The position numbers were made by a program, and so were the translations under genes. From the NCBI GenBank assembly GCA_951406725.2, contig OX597833.1, forward strand, positions 60,946,001 to 61,010,000: DNA of 64,000 nucleotides, read 5' to 3'. Below, piece by piece: positions 53,969 to 64,000 of the stretch. A model generated the notes under the pieces. The model searched no databases and was not told the origin of the DNA. It saw only the letters and a program-made list of their open reading frames with translations. This stretch comes from Octopus vulgaris (taxonomy: Eukaryota). Numbering within the stretch: position 1 is the stretch's first letter; each line of letters opens with the position of its first letter.

Positions 53969-54761
53969 CACCCTCTCGTCTCCCCTTCTCTCTTTGGTGG
54001 ATGCCACACACCTCCTCCCTTCAACTGACCATGTTCAGATTCCTTGTCACCATCATGTATTTGTCCATTTTATATTCCATTCTTCTCACACTTTCTGTCC
54101 ATCCTTGCCCTTACAGCACTGGGTCACCCATAGACTTTATCCCATCAAACTTACCACCCTATTGTTTCTCATTAACCCTGACACTAATTCCTGCCTCATT
54201 TCTTCTGTCCCTTACATACATCCTCCTTCTGCACTATCTACATTGTTACTTTCCCACTATTAGTCAATCACAATTATAAATCTGCTCCCCTCTCATCATA
54301 CTCTCCCCTATTCTTCTTTCTGTTGTGGAGACCCTTCTTAAGTTATTTAGTGTTGCACGTTGCCAGGCCACCTCTTTTGTGCTGGTGCCATGAAAATAGC
54401 ACTCAGCACACTCTGTAAAGTAGTAGGCACGAGGAAGGACATCTCGCTGTAGAAATTAGACAATGGGAGCATGAGGCAGTTTTCTGACCCATTGCAGCCT
54501 CATCAGATTTTTCAGTCCATGGCAACATGAAAAGTAGACTTAAAATGATGATCTGTCTGTCTATCTGTTTCACTTCCTACCTCTCTCTCCATAGCTACCT
54601 GTTCATCTCTCCCTATACATTTAACAATATCTATTTATCCTATCAACATATACAGTGACACCTGGAAGAGGTGGTATTTCTTTTGACAATTCAGAACCAT
54701 TGTTGCATCTTCCCTTGCCTTCTCTCTCTCTCTCTTCATACATACATACATACTTACATAC

Positions 54762-54806
<45 letters not shown>

Positions 54807-55507
54807 CATACACATATGCACATACACATGCCATTCTTTTCTCGTTCCATTCTCTTCCTCCCTCTCTCCTGTTTTAATAACAATCCTCTTCTAAAAGAAC
54901 AGTACCGACAGCTTCCTCTATTTTTGATCAAAAGCATGTGACCAATATATTTATTTATGTATTTATTTATTAATATTTCTTTTGTGGTTTGTTTGTGTTG
55001 TTTTTTTTTCTTCGCGATTCCGGAGTCTGTGCAGATTTGTGATAATGTTGTCCCTGCAGGGATTTCCATCGTTGCCAATGACAACAGAACAAGTGTTTGA
55101 TAAACAAAGGAACAAACCTATTGATTTGTCAATGACAACTTTGCTCTCTCTCTCTCTCTTTCTTCACACAGCATCACTTGTTTAGATAATAATAATAATA
55201 ATAATAACAATAATAATAATGTGGAGGAGGATAAATTTCAAAATAGATTTAATAAGAAAGTTTATACAGCACTCCAGTCTCTCCCAAAAGTGTGCATGCA
55301 CACACACACACACTTTCTTTTCTCTCTCTCTCCTGCAATTTTCTTTCCTTATTCTTTTGGTGTTCAAAATTAAATTTAATTATTTCATTATTGCTCTGTA
55401 AACTCTGTGTGTGTGTTAATTGAATCCCAGAAGGACAAACAGAACTCAACTTTCCAAAGCTGTTGTTTTATTTAGAACTTAATAAACCTACCCCCCTACA
55501 CACACAC

Positions 55508-55867
55508 ATACTTACCTGTATCAATATGAATATAATTATATAAACTTACCTGTATAATTCTATTACTTATCTAAATATATTCTTACCTTGTAAAAATATA
55601 CTTATAATTGTATGAATTTACCTTTTATAAATACATTACCTATATAAATATGTAAACTTACCTGTATAATTCTGTTACCTATATAAATATATGTATGTAT
55701 ATTCTTACCTATGTAAATATATTTTCTTACCTGTATAAATATGTATAATTATTGAAACTTACCGTTTATAAATATATTACCTATATAAATAAACTTACTT
55801 TTAGAATTCTATTACCTTTATAAATATTTTCCGGTTTACCTGAATATAATATTGGCTTTATATTACC

Positions 55868-55868
<1 letters not shown>
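55508..55868. repeat. AT-rich degenerate tandem array with TTACC(TG) cores, ~113-bp higher-order period
   Basis: AAACTTACCTGTATAATTCT recurs about 113 bp apart. Roughly 15 TTACC cores. Confidence 0.7.
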
Positions 55869-55919
<51 letters not shown>

Positions 55920-56068
55920 ACCCAATTAAATCATCATCATGGACGTTAAACGATGATGATGAATTAAATATATATAATTATATAACCTTACTTGTATGAT
56001 TCAGTCAAAAATATATATAAATATATATATCTTTGCCTGTATATTACTCCGTGCACACACACATTGGA

Positions 56069-56465
56069 TAGGTGCAAGCATAGCTGTGTGGTAACAAATC
56101 TGCTTCCCAGCTACATAGTTTCCAGTTCCTGGTATGGCACCTTGGGCAAGTGTCTTCTGCTATTGCCAACCAAAACCGTGAGTGGATTTGCTGGATGGAA
56201 ACTGAGAGAAGCTCACTGCACATGTGTGTATATATTTCTTTCTTTGCCTGACATCACGTGACAGTTGTAAACAAGTGTCACCGTTGTGCAAGCAGTGTCT
56301 TTCGTTTCCCATCTACTGCGAAAATGTCTGGTCATGAAGAAATATTACCTTGCTTGGAAACAGGTGAGGGTTGTTGACAGGAAGGGCATCCAGCTGTATA
56401 AAAAATTTACAACAAATTCTGCACAGCCTATGCAACCATTAGAGAAGTGGACATTAGATGATGAT
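56069..56465 (+). mobile_element. Old SINE with family A head and family C-type tail
   Basis: AGCTGTGTGGTAA...CACCTTGGGCAAGTGTCTTC head, then GACAGGAAGGGCATCCAGCTGTA...AAGTGGACATTAGATGATGATG tail. Similar copy at about 18010-18340. Confidence 0.7.
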
Positions 56466-56693
56466 GACATCATCCTCCTCCTCCTCCTTTAACATCTGTT
56501 ATCCATGCTGGCATGGGTTGGACAGTCATATATGTGTTGAACAAATCGACCTCAAGGCTTATTTTATAAGACTAGTACTTATTCTGTCGGTTACTTTTGC
56601 TGAACTGCTAAGTTATGGAGACATAAATATACCAACACTAGTTGTCAAGTGGTGATGAGGGGACAAATAGACATATATATCTATATATCTATA

Positions 56694-57108
56694 GGCGCAG
56701 GAGTGGCTGTGTGGTAAGTAGCTTGTTTACCGACCACATGGTTCCGGGTTCCGGGTTCAGTCCCACTGCGTGACACCTTGGGCAAGTGTCTTCTACTATA
56801 GCCTCGGGCCGACCAAAGCCTTGTGAGTGGATTTGGTAGACGGAAACTGAAAGAAGCCTGTCGTATATATATATATATATGTATGTATGTGTATGTGTTT
56901 GTGTGTCTGTGTTTGTCCCCCTAGCATTGCTTGACAACCGATGCTGGTGTGTTTATGTCCCCGTTACTTAGCGGTTCGGCAAAAGAGACCGATAGAATAA
57001 GTACTGGGCTTACAAAAGAATAAGTCCCGGGATCGAGTTGCTCGATTAAAGGCGGTGCTCCAGCATGGCCGCAGTCAAATGATTGAAACAAGTAAAAGAG
57101 TAAAAGAG
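56694..57108 (+). mobile_element. Young full-length family A SINE with 12-bp TSD, nested in an opposite-orientation older family A copy
   Basis: TSD TATATATCTATA at 56682-93 and 57109-20. Flanks at about 56540-56672 and 57135-57222 are the two halves of a minus-strand family A element. Confidence 0.92.
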
Positions 57109-57729
57109 TATATATCTATATATATATATATATGATGAGTTTCCATCTAACCAAATCTACTTACAAGTATTTGGTTGGCCCAAGGCTATAGAAGACACTT
57201 GCCTAAGGTGTCACACAGTGGGAATCGAAACCACAATGTTACGATCAGGAGTCCCACACCCTAACCCTTAACCTCCACTTAGAGATCTCTTAGCGATTTC
57301 TTTATTTAAGACACTCTTGTGCAATTTGAGGGTGTTTTGGCTGTAATTTCTTTCAGGTCCAGTGACCACATGACAGACTGCTAGTTTCTGTGTCTTTTGT
57401 GTGTGTGGATCTTGTAGGAAATAACAGCTAAATCTCCCTCAAATTATTTTGTACAGGGTATTGTCCTGGAAAACCAGATGGCCATGGTTGGAACGACTTG
57501 ATCATGAGTTCGTTTGTTAGCTGTGTGTGTTCACCCTTGTGTGTATGTTGTAGTGTAGTCTCGTGTATCTGTGTATTTCTGTAAGTGTAGTTTCGTCCGT
57601 ATGCAAAAATCGAATCAACAAGTTGGTTCTTTCTTTAACAGTAATCTACTGTTTTCTGTTACGCTTCAGTTTGTATCGTCAGCGGAGTTTATTGTTGTGG
57701 AAAAAGGAATGTGTCGTCACTGTCTCCAC

Positions 57730-58731
57730 TAGAAGAATCGGGATAGCATCGGACAAAATGTTTTCGCGTTGTTGAGTTACGTTCTCAGTTCACAACACGA
57801 CGAGGTCTACTTTGCCTTTCATCCTTTCAGGGTCGATAAATTAAAGTACCAGTTGCATACCAGTGTCGATGTAATCGACTAGTCCCTGCCCCCCCAAAAT
57901 TTCAGGCTTGTGCCTATAGTAGAAAAGATTATTATTATTATTATTAAAGCACCGAGGTGGCAGAATCGTTAGCACCCCTGGCAAAATGCCTAGAGGCATT
58001 TCGTCTGTCCTTACATTCTGAGTTCAAATTCCGCCGAGGAATCATTAGGCAGTGAGCTGGCAGAATCGTTAGCACGTCGGGCAAAATGCTTAGCGTCATT
58101 TCGTCCGTGTTTAGGTTCAAATTCGCCCGAGGTCGACGTTGCCTTCCATCTTTTCGGAGTCGATAAAATATGTACCAGTCATGTATCGTGGCGATATAAC
58201 TGATTAGCCAGCCTCCCACAAAATTTCAGGCCCTGTGCCTTTAGTGGAAAGGGTCGTTATTATTATGAAACATGTCGACTTTCCGCAAAGGCAGGGGCGC
58301 TGTTGACAAAGCCTGAAATTTTTACGAGGCGGGATGGCTGCTCGATTACCTCGATCCCAGTGCTTGACTGGTTCTTATTTCATCGATCTCGAAAGGATGA
58401 AAGGCAGAGACGATCCCGGCGGAATTTGAACTCAGAACGGAAATGACGGACGAAATACCGCGATGCATTTTCCCCAACATACTAACGATTCTGCCATTGA
58501 AATAATAATCTTTTCCTGCTATCGGCACAACGCCCGGAATTTTGGTGGAGGGACCTCGTTGATTATTACATCGACCCCAGTTCTCGACTTTGTACTTATT
58601 TCTTCAACCCCGAAAGAACGAAAGGCAGACTCGACCTCGGCGGGATTTGAACCCTTAAACGTTAAAAAGTACCGGAAGAAATGCCGCCAAGCATTTTGTT
58701 CGGCGTGCTTAAACGATTCTGCCAGCTCACT
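57730..58731. mobile_element. Cluster of about five B' SINE pieces (three +, two -), CpG-rich
   Basis: Repeated GGCAGAATCGTTAGCAC / GAACTCAGAACG / CTTTCATCCTTT motifs on both strands. Confidence 0.85.
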
Positions 58732-59840
58732 AAATGTGGTCGTTATGGTGTTCGGGCTCTGCACCCGCCCATCGACACCCCACCCAACCCTTAAACAACA
58801 TCACTATTGATAAGAGACCCTTTTGTCAGCACATTTCTTCATATCAGATATCTATGACGATTTCATGTGGTTTCTACCAACATCAAACATCACCACCGTC
58901 GCCGCCAGCACTTTCACTCTCTCTCTTCTCCACAGAATGCCACCTTTTCTTTCTCTTCTTACACTCATACGTACACACACACACATATATATATATATAT
59001 ATTATATATAGAGATATACAGGATGCCTGTCTTATGTATATACACACACTCGCATATATGTATAATGTAACATGTAAACAGGAATAAATAATATATATAC
59101 GTGTGTGTATATTTGCATACATGCGTGGTTGTTTGCATATATATGTGTTTTCACACATGTAAGCACACACCTACACCTACACATGCACGCACGCACGTAC
59201 ACTTGCGCACGCATGCACAATGACTGATCACAGAAAATCGCAGGTGAAACTGCCTGCTGCCTCTCTCTCTCCACCTCTCTCCGTCGTTACCTCTACTTTA
59301 TCCTTTCTCTTTCTTTCACTCCATACCTCCCCCTCTTTATTGTTTCTCTCCTTCTCCATTCTTCCTCCTCCTTATTATTTCTCTCTCTCTGTCTCTCCGC
59401 TTCCAACCTCCAGCTACGCCTCCTCTCTCTCCCCCTCCGTTCGTTTCCTCAGCACCACCACCACCACCACCACTGCCATCATCTCTTGGAAGATTTTTAG
59501 CAGGGCAAACATGGCCGTGGTGTTGCGAAGATATTATAAAGCGCCGAGGCAGGCAGCCAACTCCTACTGCTGCTACTCTTTCACCACCACCACCACCACC
59601 ACCACCGCTGTTGTTATTATTATGATAGCGGCGGCGGCGGCGGTGTTGTGGTTTGTGTTGTGTTGTGTTGTGGTGTGGTGATGTTGTGTGATGGTTTTTG
59701 TTGTTATTGTGGTGGTGTTATGTTGAGCTGGCGATGGTGGGGGCTGCGTGTTGGCTCTGTTCCCAGTTGCTCAGCCACTCAATACACATACACTACTAAA
59801 AAAATAACGAAAAACAATACAACTGTTCATCATCTTATAT

Positions 59841-59901
<61 letters not shown>

Positions 59902-60002
59902 CACACATACACATATATATATATACAAACACATGTAATGTTAGGTGTATTTGTATATATCATCTTAGGTTATTTGTGTAAGTATAAATATTAACTCAGA
60001 TG

Positions 60003-60052
<50 letters not shown>

Positions 60053-60122
60053 CACATAGATATATCCTACATGTATTTATGTATTTGTCTGTCCCTCCTC
60101 TATTTCTGTCTCTCTCTATATA

Positions 60123-60251
<129 letters not shown>

Positions 60252-61044
60252 ATGTGAGGTGGAAATGAAGCACCAGTTAATTGTGCCCTTTCAATCTCCC
60301 CCTCCTCCTGTCCTTCTCTTCTCAGTTAAAAATCAACAAGCTCTCTCTCTCTCTACCCGCTCCCCCTTCTTTTCCCCCCTCGCTCACTCTTATTCCATTC
60401 GCTGATCTGAATAGATTGCTAATTACTGGCAACACTAGGAATTTAGTTACACACATATGTAAATATATATACATATATATATATATAATATATATATGTG
60501 TGTGTATGTGTATATGGGTGTGTGTATAAGCACAGCCGCATTTCACACGCACGCATAATTATCAATGTGTATATATATATATATGTATATGTATGTATAT
60601 GTATATATATATGTACAGCCTGTGCTGTAGTTTGTTGTCAAGTGTTGCTACAGCTGCGTTGAAAACTGCTGTTTGCTAGAGACACACTGCCTGCCTGCTT
60701 TGATAGCATATACTCTCTCTCTCTCTCTCTCTGGCTGTGGTGACACACACAGTCAGACGTATAACACGCACGCACGCACACACACACACACATTCTAGAG
60801 ATATTGCATACAGCGAGAGACAGAGAGAGGGGAAGAGAAGCCGGAGCAACAATCACCACTACTACTACTATTACTAGCATTGCTGTTGCTATTGCCTCTC
60901 TGTAGTTGTTGCTGCCATTTTGCTGTTATTAATGATGGATGAGGGGGGGGGGACACAGCGGTGGCGGTGGTGGTGTTGCTGCTGTGTTAATAGACTCCCC
61001 TTAAAAACTGCTCCTAAATCTGTGTGTGTGTGTGTGTGTCTGTC

Positions 61045-61084
<40 letters not shown>

Positions 61085-61233
61085 CGTCATATTTTCAATG
61101 TACGTAGCGTTATTTGTCCTTAGTTACACATACACATATAGACAGCACACACACCGACAGATCTATACTATTTATATACATATATATATATACAATAGAC
61201 ACATATATCTCTCTACACACGTGTGTGTCTATG

Positions 61234-61284
<51 letters not shown>

Positions 61285-61795
61285 ACACTCGCATATAAAC
61301 ACCAGCACACAGACACAGTTTATTGCCGTTAGTCAACATGCAGTTTGTCGAGGTGCGGTAAGCGTGAGTCGGGGCGAGGTTCGGTGGATGATTTTGTCGC
61401 CTACTCACTTGCAAGCATCTACTGTAAAAATAGATAAATAAATGATGAAATATAGCTACTGATTAGAAAAAAAGGGGAGAGAGAGAGAGAGATTCTGTTT
61501 GAAATCATATTTGTTGTGTGCCGTGGATGTTACGAGGGATGAGAGATAGAGAGAGAGAGAGAATGTAGTTTGGTTAAAGCTCCTTCCTAAACCAGCCTAA
61601 TCCATTCGTGACGAAGGGTTTCGATTCTAGGTTACTGTCAATTCACTTGATTTCACTGAGGTCATCGATGTCCTTGAATAAAACCCACAAAGCTCTTCAT
61701 TTCTCTAGGACCTTGCTCAATAAATCCGTGTCCGCGTCGTTCGTCGTCCTGTGAGAAGAAATCGCCATTAATATTTTTGTTGTTGTTGTCGTTAT

Positions 61796-61827
<32 letters not shown>

Positions 61828-62129
61828 TCATCGTCGTGTTCATGGTAATGATTATTGTTTTCATTATTATTGAGTGTTAAGTATGGAAATAATCGATATG
61901 TAATACAAGTGATTGTGGATGAAGCTTAAGGTACGATACTGCTGAGACGAGTGTTGCTATTAGACCTCTCTCTCTCTGTCTCTCTCCTATATGTGTGCAA
62001 ACCGGCCAACCTAGTTCCATTATTATCCTTTTGGGAAGCTACACATCTGCTCCCACCGATGAGGTTGTTGTATGTCTCTATCTTTCTCTCTAGAACTGGT
62101 GGACTCCACTGAGAGACAGAGAGAGAGAG

Positions 62130-62545
62130 GTGGGCTAGGAAGTGCGCACGCCTGCCACAGCCGGTGCCCAACCAAACCCGTTGTCACTTTTATTAGACAC
62201 TGAGCGTCAAAGGAATCTGTTCTTGGCCCGTTTATTGGGGTCACTTCCTCCTCCTAAATACAAACAACAAACCAACAAAAACTAAAAAAAAGCCACCAGT
62301 GTTTAGTCTATTAAGAGAGGGAGGGAGGGAGGGAAGGAAGGGAAAAAAATAGCGCCCCTTCACCCCGCTCTTCCTAACACCTCCTCCTCCTCCTCCGCCT
62401 TCTACCAATCCGCCACCCCCGCACCGTACCCTATACTCTCTTCCCCCCTTCCACTTCTCCCTCTCTCCTCTCTCTCTCTCAAGGGGAGAAAAAGAGAGAG
62501 AGAGAATCATGGTAGGGGCGTGAAAAGCTGCTCATGAGTCAGCCA
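62130..62545 (+). promoter_or_regulatory. Candidate promoter of the 63-kb exon
   Basis: GC/CpG-rich. GGAAGTGCGCAC (ETS plus NRF1-like) at 62138, CCAAT at 62405-09 next to GC-box-like CCGCCACCCCC, GGGGCGTG, TGAGTCA at 62535-41, and GA tracts. Motif matches only. Confidence 0.45.
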
Positions 62546-63015
62546 GCACCGCCTCCACCCCCTCCAGTCGTAGTAGTAGTAGTAGCTAGTGGCAGTAATA
62601 GTAGTAGTAGTAGTAGTCAGTAATGGCGATCCCCACCCCCACCTCGTCCATTAGAGAGCCCATTATACATGATCTGCTGCTGCTTTTGCATTTGTCGTCG
62701 ACACCGCCATCATCATCACCACCACCGTCACTGCCTCCACCATCGCCTTCTGCTCCATCGTAGCCACCGCCGCCATTAGTAATAGTAGTAGTAGTCGTAG
62801 TAGTAATAACAATCCTGCTAGTAGTAGTGGTAGTAGTGGTGGTGGTTATTGTAGTGGTGGCGGCGGTAGTAGCTGCATAGTGTGGTACCAAGTTTCTAAA
62901 CCCACCCTCCCCTCCTCCCCGAGTACTTGGGTGTGTGTCGAGTCTGTCTGTCTGTCTATGTGTGTGTGTGTGTGATCAGGTTGGTCTCCTCGATGTGGTG
63001 GCCTGCCCAGATAAC

Positions 63016-63106
63016 ATGTCATTTAATAATATTTATACTAGCACCACCGACGGTTACCTCTTTCCAGCCTATTCCACCAATATGCACGCTTTTTACCCCT
63101 TTCAAG
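63016..63106 (+). CDS. Probable first coding exon MSFNNIYTSTTDGYLFPAYSTNMHAFYPFQ-(G), phase 1; tentatively Pax3/7 (gooseberry)-like N-terminus
   Basis: AACATG start context, open frame to a perfect donor AAG|GTAAGT (63107-12), unique sequence after a promoter-like region. YPFQG precedes the paired box in Drosophila gsb/gsb-n (recalled, not searched). Confidence 0.6.
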
Positions 63107-64000
63107 GTAAGTGACACCGCTTGGATATCTTTCTCTCTACCCTCCACACATACACACACCCTCTTTAGCCAAAAATTTCCCCATTTTATAACCAAAAATC
63201 TCTGTTCCATTTCTCCATTTTTAACTCGGTTTCCTTTTCGCTATAATCATACAGGATTGTATATAGAGATATGTGTGTGTACGTATGAATATGTGTTAGT
63301 GTGTGTGTTTTATATTTATATATATGTACGTGTATATATGTATGTATGTATGTATGAGTATATATATATATATATGTGTGTGTGTATGGATGGACGTGTG
63401 TGTTTGTATAATGTCGGGTCAGCTTGTTTATTTCTTGTTTCCGAAGAAGAGTGTAAGATTATTTCTTGGTTGTGAGATGTTTCAATGGAAGATATTTTAA
63501 CTGTGGGTTCTTTCTCTCGTCTCGTCTCTTTTGCTTACTTTTTTTTATTTTTTAAATACTTCTCCTTGTCTTTTCTTTATCGCTTGTGTGTTGTTGATTC
63601 TCTCTCGCTCCGCCATCCGCCTTTCTCTCTCCGTTCTTCGGCCACAGATGATGATAGCTAAACCATCTAATTGATTCTATCTCGCTCTCTCTCTCTCTAT
63701 CTCTCTTCCTAGCTGTATATAGTGGCTGCAGTTTAAGTGAGGTGCCATCAGTGGTTGGCCCCGGCTGCTGCTACTCTTGCCCTTGGGTCAATTATCTCCT
63801 ACTACAGCCAAACACACACACACACACAAATGCCGAATGAGAAGACATCCGTACAACTGCTTCTTCCAGAGGAAAAAAAAAAATATTTTCCAACTCCATT
63901 TTGCTATCTCGATCATTGCTGTTGTGTGTGTGTGTGTGTGTGTGTACACACACACACACACACACACATACACTCACACATGTGGTGTTGGTGTTCCAGT

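Noticed and set aside
55508-55518. U1 snRNA gene start (ATACTTACCTG)
   Set aside because: The following sequence is AT-rich repeat with no U1 body or Sm site.
59511-59560. ATG plus TATAAAG in a CpG-rich patch as promoter or first exon
   Set aside because: Runs into trinucleotide repeats with no clear donor. The motif alone is insufficient.
63648-63790. Acceptor-like sites (CCACAG near 63647, TCCTAG near 63712) as the next exon
   Set aside because: The first hits a stop in phase 1. The second is open but has no convincing donor or recognisable peptide.

Overview
Eukaryotic, AT-rich, microsatellite-saturated, almost entirely non-coding DNA. The SINE families and the (TA)n/(CA)n/(AAT)n load look like an octopus (coleoid cephalopod) genome; this is an inference from recognising the repeats, not a database result. 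Nearly all ORFs in the supplied track are microsatellite or SINE artefacts. The window reads as long introns of a + strand gene. There is a 130-nt coding exon at 23246-23375, a possible 21-nt in-frame microexon at 42245-42265, and a probable alternative first coding exon at 63016-63106 ending YPFQ-G, which resembles Pax3/7/gooseberry. That last exon sits behind a CpG-retaining, promoter-like domain. The rest comprises tRNA-derived SINEs (labelled families A-D here, many with target-site duplications), piggyBac- and mariner-type MITEs, a Helitron, a Helentron-like element, CR1 and R4/Dong LINE 3' ends, and minisatellites. The most interesting signals are a minimal hammerhead-ribozyme motif in a Penelope-like repeat with a perfect 34-bp fold-back, a second decayed inverted hammerhead pair, several long RNA hairpins (one covering the microexon donor), and an apparent CpG/methylation boundary near 57.5 kb.
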